Of a stretch of 64,000 nt of DNA, positions 1 through 9,667 are shown piece after piece. Source of the stretch: Penicillus capitatus (lineage: Eukaryota > Plantae > Chlorophyta). Below the pieces are notes generated by a model, which saw nothing but the letters and a program-made list of their open reading frames with translations, searched no databases and had not been told where the DNA came from. Location of the stretch: the NCBI GenBank assembly GCA_965649825.1, contig OZ287701.1, forward strand, positions 919,101-983,100, read 5' to 3'. The stretch's first letter is position 1. Every line of letters starts with the position of its first letter. Both the position numbers and the translations under genes were made by a program.

Positions 1-296
1 CTCATAACAGTAGGGCGATGGTTTCCGAACGAGCCCTGAAGTTCTCGACTATTAGATAGTATGGTTAGGAAACGCACAACCACCGTGGGTGCTTAAGGTT
101 GACATTCCTGTTGTAAATAATCTCGAGTCCCTGTGCTATCGTTCGAGCGTTCGTTTGCGTCGTTGTCGCGTGCCTGTTCGACTCTGAGTTTCTCAAGTCG
201 TTACATCGATCTCCGACAATACGGTTGAGATGAACGTTAGTAGGGTCGAGATGGTGCCTCAGAGCACGGAATGGATGCAACAGACATTCAGATACT

Positions 297-306
297 CGCC
301 GGATCA
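297..306 (+). repeat. LINE target-site duplication, left copy (CGCCGGATCA; right copy 5284-5293)
   Basis: Identical 10-mer immediately outside both element ends (11 nt if the following T is counted). Confidence 0.9.
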
Positions 307-329
307 TTTTTTTTTTGAGAGCTTTTACA
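307..329 (-). terminator. LINE 3' end: TGTAA polyadenylation signal (325-329) followed by the poly(A) tail
   Basis: The - strand reads GGAGATGTAAAAGCTCTC(A)10. UGUAA is the established chlorophyte poly(A) signal. Confidence 0.7.
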
Positions 330-460
330 TCTCCTTTTTAAAAAGATCAGGAGAGCGTCCATACAATGTAAGTGGTTCGATGTGTCTCAAAGCTAAAGGG
401 TGTCGTTCCAAGATCTAGCGCGTCCACGCGGCTGTCTTGTCTCACGGGCCGAAGGCCCTT

Positions 461-3400
461 TTATCGTCCCCATCGTCTTCCTGTTTCTTGCCATTGTTTT
501 GCGAGCACCTCTACGAACTCCGAGAGAGCCTCTGGGTGCGTAAATGCACATGCAATCGAAAGTGGGCCGTCGAGTTCACCCTCCAATCTTCGTCGGGCTT
601 TGAGCAAGCTTGGGCACTCCAGGAGTAAGTGGTCTCGGTCCTCAAGTCGAGCCCCGCAGGGGCAACCTGTAGCCGCGTCCAGTTGGCCGAAGCGATGTAG
701 ATACTGTCTGGAAGGGAAGTGGTTAGCTGTGAATTGGCTCAATCGGGAGGCTGGGTCTCGGTCTAGATACTTCGCTGGGAAGTGGCCTTTGCAGAATCTT
801 CCCAGATGCTGCGTAAGATGCGCACTCTGTTCGCGACTTTTGATGTCCTGGAGGGCAGCTTGATTAAGGTACGCTGCAATCTTGATTTTCTGCCAGGATC
901 GACTCAGAGCTGTCCCCTTGGGTAGTCCTTCCTTCTCTGAGGCCGCTCTCAGTGCTCGTTGCTGGGTAGCGAGGAAGGGGCTGAGCCCGGGCTTCCAAGT
1001 CGAGGTAGTCCAGAACACTAGATGACCGGTGTCTGCCCACTTGATGAGGCGGCGCTGTATCTGCGTGGCTGTCTCGCTGACATTCGAGAGACGCAGTGCG
1101 GTCTTTTTATGCCTGATCGTATCAGTGACTATTCCCAGGGTCTGGACCGCTTGCAATTGAGGGTCAGCGGTTCGTTCCATCAATTTGTCCAGTCCATTTC
1201 GAAGTCCCACCATGATCGCCTCTTCTTCGGAGGCCCAGTCCGGGTCCCACCAGGACTCCCTGAACTCCGACTCTTCCGAGGTGAGTATCCAGCAGGTGCC
1301 GAAGCTGTGCTTATCTGGATTTCGGCCAAGGGCCACCGTTAACAGCCAATCTGGCCGCTCTGTCTCTGGGATCGACATCGTTCCGTCCAGAAGTTGTCGG
1401 TGATGCGGTGGGATGGGACTCCAGTCTCGCTGAAGGGGGCCGCATGATCCTTGCGTCTTGATCGGCAGAGACCGTTGCCATCTGGACCATGCTATGCGTC
1501 GGTAACTTTGGCCGGCCGACCTCTCCTGGCGAGCCGAGGGCCATCCCGCGTACGCATCTTTCTGTCTTCGTCTCGATTCATAGTAGAGGCTTTGCATGAT
1601 AATCTGTTGCGTTGGCGGACGGACTCCTGAGAGCGCGAAGGCTGATGGGTACGATGTCGTGCGGAATGCTCCTGCTAAGAGGAGGCACGCTTGCCGGATT
1701 GCCTTCTCTAGTGGTGCCAGTGTCCGCGCACTATAAGCCACACTTTGCCAGACCACTGCTCCGTAGTAGGCGGCCGGCTCGATAGCCATGTGGACCAGTT
1801 TCTCCACTGCTGCCGGTAGCATTCCCCAGAATGGGCCGGTGAATCGCCGGATCTGATCGAGTCTGCCTCGGACCTTCTTAGCAGCATAGTGCACCTGTTC
1901 TGTCCACGAGAGAGTCATGTCAAACCAAATCCCAAGGTACAGCACGGCCTTCTGTTGGGGCAGCTGCTGCCCGTTGATGTGGAGCGGTCTTGGTGCGATA
2001 CGACGTATCTTGCTCTCGAAGCGGATCTGATAGCACTTTTGGGGCGCGAAAGAGAGTCCCTTGCTACGGGCTTCCGTGTCAAGACGATCCAGCGCGTGTT
2101 GTAGCTTGGTCTGAGTTCTTTCTTCAAATTCGTCGGTTCCCAGTAATAGCAGATCATCCGCATACGCTTGTATGTGCGTGCCAGGCATCAAAGGTAGGCG
2201 CAGAACTGAGTCGATCCCTATGCAGAAGAGCAACGGTGAGAGGGGGCTGCCTTGCGGCGTGCCTACAGAAGGCCTGTGACCGAAGCTGCCTCCTTCCAAA
2301 TCGATCACTAATTCGCGATTCTGGAAGAAGCTGGCGACCCAGTTGATCAAGTATCGCGGAACCCTCCAGTCCATTAGTTGCTCAAGTACCACTGCCGGGC
2401 GCAGAGAATCGAAGGCGGCCTTGATATCCAGCGTGATGCCGTACACTGCTCGGTGCTGTCTGATGTTCGATTCCACGAATGTTGTGGCCGCAATCAGAGC
2501 TTCTTCCGTGCCGCGTCCCACTCGGAAACCAAACTGTCGGGGGGAGAGAAGCTGCCGGACCTCAAGGTACTGAGCAAGGCGGTGGTGGACAATCTGATGT
2601 ATACTTTTCGCAATCGCTCCAATGAGGCTGATCGGTCGCAGGCATGCGAGTGTGTTTCTCGGGTTCGGTTTCTTCGGGATGCAGACTACCGTCGCTCGTT
2701 GCCAAGTGACTGGAAGGACGCCAAGGCGTAAGCTGGTCGAGGCCAGTTGTGCAAACGTCTCTGGAGCATGACGGAACGCTCTGGAGATAGCTGCCTTCGG
2801 CAGCCCGTCTGGCCCGGGTGCTGCATACGGCCTTCCTCCGAGGAAGGACTCGCGTGCTTCGGCTATCGATACGGGTGGGATGGCCTCGTCGTCATCGCAG
2901 AACGTGCGGTTCCAGTTCAGAGGTGGTCCATCTGGGCAGAATTTCCCAAAAAGCTTCGCGCTGATGAGCTGGGGGTCTTCAATGATGCCGTCTTCCTCTG
3001 TGGTGAGGAAAGAGATCGGTTGCGTTTTGCCGGGTTTCGTAAGTCGTTTGTATGTCGACCAGAGATCCCTTGTGCAACCAGTATTCTCCACGAGGAACTC
3101 CCTCCAGGCTTCCCTCTTTCTAGCCTGTATTGCTTGGCGGAGCTGATCTCGCTTCGATGCGATGTCCTCAGCCAGGGGGGTGGGCACGTGCCCGAATTGT
3201 CTGCGGTGTCTTTCTCCTCGTCGTTTGGCTCTTTTTAAATTCGTGTGCTGCTGAGCGAGCTTATCGTTCCACCAGTGTTTCCTGAACGATGAGGGACGAC
3301 CAAGAGGGACCCAGGGGTGGGCCGCCTTTCTGATGGCTTCTTCTAGTGCCTTGACTTGGCTTTCAAAGGCCGCCGCGCTATTCGTCGCTTGAAGAGCTGC

Positions 3401-4369
3401 TGGGGACACCCAGTGTGGGGCCTCCGCTGCGAAGGCCTTATCTATTTTGTCCCATTGGGCGTGTCTCCAATTCCTGCGTCGGGAGCCTAGCCTAAGCTGT
3501 CCGCCTGGGGGGCGGAATTGTGTCTCCACAATTTTGTGATCCGAGAGCGTCTCCAGGTCGTCGCGCACTTGCCAGGAGTCTATCGATGTTATATCCTTGC
3601 ACCAGGTGAGATCAATGTGGCTATCCCCGGCGCTGCTCGAGAAGGTAGGCGACGAGGGAAATTTGTTAAGGAGCCTCAGCTGAAAAGCGTCCGCTGCAGC
3701 GATAAGAGCTTCTGCCACATTCGTGGTCGGGGACGATGGTGGGCCCCAAAGTGGGTGGCGTGAGTTGAAGTCTCCGGCAATCCATATCGGGTGGAAGCTG
3801 GAGTTTTCCGGTCCGCCGATGTATAGATCGAGCCATCTCCTAAGAGCCGTCCATCCAAGGCCTGTTACTGGTTGAATGTAGGCGGATAGAAGCGTCAGCT
3901 GTTGTCTCCCAGCGAGGTCTAGCCTTGCCACGGCAAGGCGGTCACAATCCACCGGTATCTGCGTCGCTTCGACATCTTCTCGGATGAGGAGCAGGGCCAA
4001 CGTGCTTTCTGCCTCGGAGGCAAGGGCTCTGATGTTCCGAAAACGCGGAATCGAGCCGCCGCGGCGAAGGAACCATGGCGGTTCACTGACGGCGACCACT
4101 GACACTTGCTGGTCTTCATCCAAATGCCTCGTCAGGATATCCAGCGCCCGCTGGCTGTTGTGCAGGTTGATCTGCCAGGCCTTGAGTAGGGTTTTGTCCA
4201 ATGGGACAGGGCGGTCTCGCGGTCTGTTGTCGTCTGTCATGGCCTCCGGAGCCCTATTCCTTTCTGCGATGAGTCTCGGAGCAAGTGTCGAGTTGGAGCG
4301 AGAGTTGGTGTTCGAGGTCGGGGGATCACGGGGCAGACCTAATAGGTCGGCTGGTTGGGACGTGCTCAT
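461..4369 (-). CDS. LINE ORF2 (1302 aa): apurinic-like endonuclease, reverse transcriptase, degenerate RNase H-like region, C-terminal CCHC
   Basis: APE motifs VSEP, GDFNSRHPLWG, HIDLTW and SDH. RT motifs RPISL, QFGFR, GTPQGSPLSPLLF and YADD. C-terminal CPCG...HLLLEC. Confidence 0.96.
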   Translation of the reverse strand: MSTSQPADLLGLPRDPPTSNTNSRSNSTLAPRLIAERNRAPEAMTDDNRPRDRPVPLDKTLLKAWQINLHNSQRALDILTRHLDEDQQVSVVAVSEPPWFLRRGGSIPRFRNIRALASEAESTLALLLIREDVEATQIPVDCDRLAVARLDLAGRQQLTLLSAYIQPVTGLGWTALRRWLDLYIGGPENSSFHPIWIAGDFNSRHPLWGPPSSPTTNVAEALIAAADAFQLRLLNKFPSSPTFSSSAGDSHIDLTWCKDITSIDSWQVRDDLETLSDHKIVETQFRPPGGQLRLGSRRRNWRHAQWDKIDKAFAAEAPHWVSPAALQATNSAAAFESQVKALEEAIRKAAHPWVPLGRPSSFRKHWWNDKLAQQHTNLKRAKRRGERHRRQFGHVPTPLAEDIASKRDQLRQAIQARKREAWREFLVENTGCTRDLWSTYKRLTKPGKTQPISFLTTEEDGIIEDPQLISAKLFGKFCPDGPPLNWNRTFCDDDEAIPPVSIAEARESFLGGRPYAAPGPDGLPKAAISRAFRHAPETFAQLASTSLRLGVLPVTWQRATVVCIPKKPNPRNTLACLRPISLIGAIAKSIHQIVHHRLAQYLEVRQLLSPRQFGFRVGRGTEEALIAATTFVESNIRQHRAVYGITLDIKAAFDSLRPAVVLEQLMDWRVPRYLINWVASFFQNRELVIDLEGGSFGHRPSVGTPQGSPLSPLLFCIGIDSVLRLPLMPGTHIQAYADDLLLLGTDEFEERTQTKLQHALDRLDTEARSKGLSFAPQKCYQIRFESKIRRIAPRPLHINGQQLPQQKAVLYLGIWFDMTLSWTEQVHYAAKKVRGRLDQIRRFTGPFWGMLPAAVEKLVHMAIEPAAYYGAVVWQSVAYSARTLAPLEKAIRQACLLLAGAFRTTSYPSAFALSGVRPPTQQIIMQSLYYESRRRQKDAYAGWPSARQERSAGQSYRRIAWSRWQRSLPIKTQGSCGPLQRDWSPIPPHHRQLLDGTMSIPETERPDWLLTVALGRNPDKHSFGTCWILTSEESEFRESWWDPDWASEEEAIMVGLRNGLDKLMERTADPQLQAVQTLGIVTDTIRHKKTALRLSNVSETATQIQRRLIKWADTGHLVFWTTSTWKPGLSPFLATQQRALRAASEKEGLPKGTALSRSWQKIKIAAYLNQAALQDIKSREQSAHLTQHLGRFCKGHFPAKYLDRDPASRLSQFTANHFPSRQYLHRFGQLDAATGCPCGARLEDRDHLLLECPSLLKARRRLEGELDGPLSIACAFTHPEALSEFVEVLAKQWQETGRRWGR

Positions 4370-5235
4370 TGAGCTCGGGCCGCCGAGAGGCGGCCAGGCG
4401 GCGAGTCCTCAAATCTGCGCACTTCCTTCACTTGATAGTCAAATCTCAAAGCACTACCGTCCCCTTCAATCTTTTCTGCCAGATCCTTCGACAACCAGAT
4501 CTTTATGGTCTGGCTAGGGATTCGGTCTGACGGATCCTCCGAGATCGGGTCCCTCCGGGTAAGGCGCCGTTCCACCACCAGGTGGTCCTGTAGGGATGCA
4601 TTGTTTCCTAACTGCCATCTGTCTTTGTTCGACGTCCAGATTTCGTCAGCGATTTGCTCCGTGGTCCAATCCTGGTGAACTCTCGTAACAGCAGCAGGGG
4701 TCATCCCCGCTTTTTCACACCTGCGCGGGTCCTTGACTAGAGTAGGGCCGAGGGAAGGCAGGTCAATGCTCTGTTCATCATTGCGCCGTTCCTGGACTCT
4801 CTTTTCGACCAGTCGAAACTGAGCCTTGCAGATTTGCACGTAGTAATTTCCTCTCGAGTCCTTCCGGATGTCTTCTATTGGTGAGGCGGTCTGGGAGCCC
4901 CACCTAATGCCCTCGAGAAAAGATTTGCCAACAACTCCCAACGCCACTGGAGGGCGATTAGCCGGTTGCAGTAGTCGAAAGGCCCGGTCATCCGCGCGGT
5001 TGGCCTTTTTCAGTTCTCCAAAGACCTTGCTACGTCTCCGGAGCATCTCGGCCCGTCTGTCGTCAGACGGATTCAGCGGTGATGTTGAGAGGTCAAGTTT
5101 GGCGGCGTCTCTGTAAGAGAGCGAACGCTTCCCCAGGGGAGGTGCCCCAGGGGGACCTTGTTGAGCTTGCGGATGTGCCGCTGCTGCAAGCGACGGTACC
5201 GTAGCGGCTCTGCAGTACTTGTAGTGGTCATCCAT
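4366..5235 (-). CDS. LINE ORF1 (289 aa from the first ATG inside the element), gag-like nucleic-acid-binding protein by position
   Basis: Open frame directly upstream of ORF2, with its TGA overlapping the ORF2 ATG (ATGA, 4366-4369). The ORF-track start at 5307 lies outside the TSD, so ATG 5235 is the first plausible start. Confidence 0.8.
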   Translation of the reverse strand: MDDHYKYCRAATVPSLAAAAHPQAQQGPPGAPPLGKRSLSYRDAAKLDLSTSPLNPSDDRRAEMLRRRSKVFGELKKANRADDRAFRLLQPANRPPVALGVVGKSFLEGIRWGSQTASPIEDIRKDSRGNYYVQICKAQFRLVEKRVQERRNDEQSIDLPSLGPTLVKDPRRCEKAGMTPAAVTRVHQDWTTEQIADEIWTSNKDRWQLGNNASLQDHLVVERRLTRRDPISEDPSDRIPSQTIKIWLSKDLAEKIEGDGSALRFDYQVKEVRRFEDSPPGRLSAARAQ

Positions 5236-5359
5236 AATGTCGATACTGACCTTGAGCCCCGAAAGATTTCCAGCTGCGGCAGCCGCCGGATCATGATGTG
5301 ACAACAAACCTGCTGGTCGATTGTTTCAGAGCGACTGTTATCGACGGACGCGGACAATT

Positions 5360-6566
5360 ATGATTCCGATTCGTCCTTGCGGCAGCCAAGGGTTCAAATG
5401 CACGGCCCAGGGCCTTGGATGCATGGGCATGAGCACCTTCTACGGCGAGTTCGCAAGCAAGGAATCGAGGGAAAACTCGCTCAGAGTACTCGAGAGATCC
5501 TTAAAGTTCGACGGCATGATGCTTGACACCTCCGACGCGTACGGTCCTCACACGAACGAGGAACTGATAGGTAGGCATCACTCGCTCACCCTTCCTCCTG
5601 ACCGTGCTGTTCCCTCAGGGGGTGCAATCAGTGGTTCGAGGGAGCAGATCAGGATTGCGACCAAGTGCGGGACGATCATCGAACCTCAAGGCCGTCGCTA
5701 CGACTGCTCTCCGGATTATGTGAAGAGGAGCTGTCAAGGTAAACCGTCACCAGTAATAAGGCATGAAGCAGATACGATCTCTGTTTAGCATCTCTGGAGA
5801 GGCTGGGCGTCGACTGCATCGATCTCTACTATCTGCATCGTTACGACAACAAGACGCCCATCGAAGACATGATGCGAGCCTTCAAAGTGGGAAACCGAAA
5901 TCGAGTTGTTCTCTGAGCGAATTGGTTGACAGGAACTTGTCGAGGAGGGAAAAATCAGATACGTCGGGGTGTCGGAGCTCGGAATCGCAAATCTGAGAAA
6001 GGCGCATGCCGTGCATCCCATCACTGCTTATCAGATGGAGTGGTCTCTCTTCGCGAGAGACGTGGAGGCCGAACTGGTGCCGACCTGTCGAGAACTTGGC
6101 ATCGGTGTGCCAATCAGCCACCCTGTGCCGTAACGACCATCTTGTGCTCTGCCATGCAGGTATTGTCGCCTACAGTCCTCTGGGACGCGGATTCCTCACT
6201 GGCACTCTTAGAAGCCTCGACGACTTTCCCGACGGAGACTACAGAAAGACGCTTCCCCGTTTCTCCGAGTACATGGAAGACAATCTCAAGCTGGTGGAAG
6301 TCGTCAAGGAGGTTGCCGCGGAGAAGGGATGCACTCCCGGCCAAGTGGCTCTGGCCTGGGTCCATGCGCAGGGAGAAGACGTCTTTCCGATTCCCGGGAC
6401 GAAAAAGGTTGACCGATTTGAGGAGAACCTCGCCGCATTCGACATTCAACTGACGACGGCAGAGATGAAGAGGCTGGAGGAGATCGAGACAAGATCAAGG
6501 GCACAAGGTACTCTGAGGCGAACATGGGCGCCACGTACGAGTATCTGTGAATGGACATCATTTTGA
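5360..6566 (+). pseudogene. Aldo-keto reductase paralog A1 (AKR13/IN2-2-like), 4 introns; 1-bp deletion near the 3' end and LINE insertion ~66 nt upstream of the ATG
   Basis: Motifs [40 protein letters not shown] and PIPGTK. It reads GAGATCGAGACAAG at ~6486 where near-identical paralog A4 has GAGATCGGAGACAAG, which shifts the last ~20 codons. Confidence 0.8.
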
Positions 6567-7729
6567 CAATCTGATTCCTCTCCTCCTTCGAAGTCTACTT
6601 TGTAAGCGCAAAGCAAAGCGGAGAGTTAAGGTGACCATTTTGGTAGTGATCAAACGATCGCTGTCACCTCTCTTTACACCTTTTGCTTGTAGATGATGGT
6701 GGCAGTGGGCATCATAGCCTCTCCGTGAAATGATATCGCATCGCCGCGCCAGTCGGATTCATTTATTCGGTTTGTCAGTCTAGCTCGGTAGAACTCCGAT
6801 GTCTGCCGCCACAGTTGATGCCCTTCATCGTCCGCTAGTTTCCTTCCGGTCTGATCTTTTTCCATATCGAGTGCTTGTGATGACGTTCCAGTTGCATGGC
6901 AGCAACAGCTGCGGTCGACTTCCTTCATTGCCAATTTCGGTTTCTGGTCCTAATTGCGGCCGGCGCCGCTCTATCTCGTACGATTAGTAACTTTGGCGTT
7001 CGCAACTCAACAGGTCTATTTGATTGTGGAAGGTGTTAACGCGTAAACGGGCGGCCGACATCAGACTGAAACTTCTTAAACACGAATGATCCTCATCTAA
7101 CAATCGCATCAAACTTTCAACTGACTAAGGCCTTCACAGAAGGTATGCCGAGGCGAACGCTGACGATGTCCCTTTCCTTCGACACCAATACAGAACGGCA
7201 TTTGAGGCGAACGAATGGCCCCTAATTGTCTGATGAAACTCTTCTTGATTTGAACATCGCTGTCTAATCATGGAGCAACGATATTGCAGCCTTTCCATTT
7301 AGCCCGGTTGCTAGTCATGTCTCGACCAATGACTTGTCGAGTCGATGGCTACGAAGTGTTTCCTAAGGAAGCGGTCCGCAAAAAAACCGAGACGCAAAAC
7401 ACTACCTGTCCGTTTGACTTGTGACCGATGCAGACGTCATGCACTTCCGGAATCGACAACAAACCCTACTGATTCTCGCAGTCTTGCACACCAACCCTGT
7501 ACGTGTTTTTCCACAGAGGCGAGCTCATTCGAATGTTCTGAGCCCTTCTCATCGGCCCCGGTTTTACTTATCTCGTCGAATGAACGACTGCAGCAAAAAA
7601 AACTTCCGATATGTAAAAAGAATGGACGAACAAGGAGAAATCCGTCAAAGGTATGTAATCTAGAGGGAACGGCTCTGGAGAGGAGGAACAGCCTCAAGTT
7701 GACGTTTCTCCTATGCAACACTGGAAGCT

Positions 7730-8454
7730 TTACAATGAAGTCGGTCTCCTCGCTGCGGAGCACTCGACCGTTGCTGTCCGATAACGGCATAGGACGTCGG
7801 ACAAACTGCCATCGTAAGAGAACCGAGTCGCAAGAAATGAAGCGATGCGCTTTCGGCATAATTCCAAATAGCAAGTGCCCGTCAACACCAAGGGAAGTAA
7901 GTGCGCGCGATCGGCGAAGTCAGAGAAACCTGCCGAATGGGCCTGCAATGAAAAGATCCGTTCTTGCACGAAGCAGCTACAGATTTCCTGATTTGCAATG
8001 GAAGTGTCAGAGTTTTCGATGTCCTCTGTATGCCCGGTGCTCTCACCTGCAACTCTGATGCCGTTTCTTGTCCATTGAAATCGTACCAGCTCGGAAATTG
8101 AGTGCTAACCAAAATGCTTTCCACGAGAATATCACATGCTTCTCCTTGTTGCCTCTGGCATTCACGTAACATCGACAGGGCATCCTTTGGCGAGGAGAGC
8201 GTCGACAGGAGGACACATATTTGGATCGGATCGGTTTTCCGTCCTTGAATCGAGCTTTGTGTGCCAAGAGTCATTACAAATGCGCTTAAAGCCTGTCCGG
8301 CAAACTCAAATACTCTTTCCTTCGAACCAGGAATTCTTCGCGTTATCGGCTGTACGGATTTGAAAAGATCAGACGTGCAACTCCTCCATCTCCGAAGCAG
8401 CGCCCCCTCCTCTGCTACACACGAAAGAAAACAACTGGCTGCGACGAATGTCAT
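7730..8454 (-). CDS. Possible hypothetical protein (two or more exons)
   Basis: A 190-aa open frame (7882-8454) can splice in phase via CAG|GTGAGA...AATCAG|GAAATC into the 7730-7969 frame. No recognisable domain. Confidence 0.35.
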
Positions 8455-9667
8455 CAGCCTCCCATTTTGTTTGCGGTCTCGTATGTCCGGTCCATGTACG
8501 CCTGCGGGCAGCGTTTTCCTTTCGTTCTCTCAGCGATCTCTCCCAGTTTGCGCATGTCGTCGTCGGTCAGTTTAACATGAAAGGCGCCGATGTTCTCTTC
8601 GAATCGATGGACGCGCTTCGTTCCGGGAATCGGAAACACGTCTTCTCCCTGGGCGTGGATCCATGCGAGAGCCACTTGAGCTGGAGTGCAATCTCTCTCA
8701 ACTGCGATCGATTCGATGATCTCGGCGAGCTGCAAGTTTTCGGCAAGATGGTCTTCGCTGAAGCGTGGATAGGTTCGCCGTTTGTCGCCCTCTGGAATAT
8801 CGTCAATGCTTCTAATGGATCCGGTAAGAAAGCCGCGACCCAGTGGACTGTAAGCCACGATTCCTGTTAGCAGAGTGAGTCATTGAAAATTCCCTTCCAG
8901 AGCACTGAGTAGTAACAGACGCTTACCGATCTCTAGCTCGCGGCACGTTGGGACGAGTTCTTCTTCGACATCACGCGTAAAGACAGACCACTCCATCTGG
9001 TATGCGGTGATTGGACAGACGGCATGTGCTCTGCGAAGTGTGGAGGCGTCGATCTCCGACACGCCGACGTAGTTGACTTTCCCCTCTTCGACGAGTTCCT
9101 GCCTCAGAAGTGTAATGCAGCGATCGCCCCGTACTCGAGAACAGTGTTTCACCTTGAAAGCCCTCATGGTGTCTTCGATCGGAGTTTTCCTGTCGTAGCG
9201 ATGCAAGTAGTACAGATCGATGCAGTCCAATCCCAATCGATCCAGTGACGCTGCATGGACTCGAGTTTGGTTTATAAGACAGGCACTGGTAGACCTTGAC
9301 ATGCTTCTTTGATGTACTCGGGAGAGGAATCTGTAACTATATGCCCTTGAGGCGTGTACTTTAAACCACACTTTGTCGCGATCTTGAACCTTTCCTTGTT
9401 GACGATCGCTCTGCCTGAACGTAACTGTGTAGTTGTGTATACGAGCGTGGGATTACCGATGACCAGCTCGCTCTTGTGTCGACCGTAGATGTCCGACGTA
9501 TCTATCATCAGGTCACCGACTTCTGAGGGCCGCTCGAACAAGCGCTCTGCCTCTGTCGTCACAACTCCGCCGTCGACATCTTTGTAAAAGGCATCCAATC
9601 CATTGCAGCCGAGGCCCTGTGCAGCGCATTTGAAGCCCAGACGGCCGACCTTTCTCACAGGTAACAT
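8454..9667 (-). CDS. Aldo-keto reductase paralog A2 (most divergent intact copy), 4 introns
   Basis: Begins MLPVRKVG and carries [40 protein letters not shown] and PIPGTK. Introns are at the same positions as in the other paralogs. Confidence 0.9.

Larger units (their letters stand above)
307..5283 (-). mobile_element. Non-LTR retrotransposon (LINE; APE endonuclease-RT-RNase H-like-CCHC type), apparently intact and recently inserted
   Basis: T10 tract at 307-316 is the poly(A) tail on the - strand. The element is flanked by the direct repeat CGCCGGATCA at 297-306 and 5284-5293 (TSD). It has two uninterrupted ORFs. Sequence right of 5284 matches the uninterrupted AKR paralog leader at ~22901 onward. 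Confidence 0.95.

Noticed and set aside
5236-5307. ORF-track N-terminus of LINE ORF1 (MLSHHDPAAAAAG...)
   Set aside because: It starts at a TTG in host sequence outside the TSD, so it is not part of the element.
7345-8058. 237-aa + strand ORF with CDRC
   Set aside because: No domain or complete zinc-binding motif. It is more likely the antisense shadow of the - strand frames.
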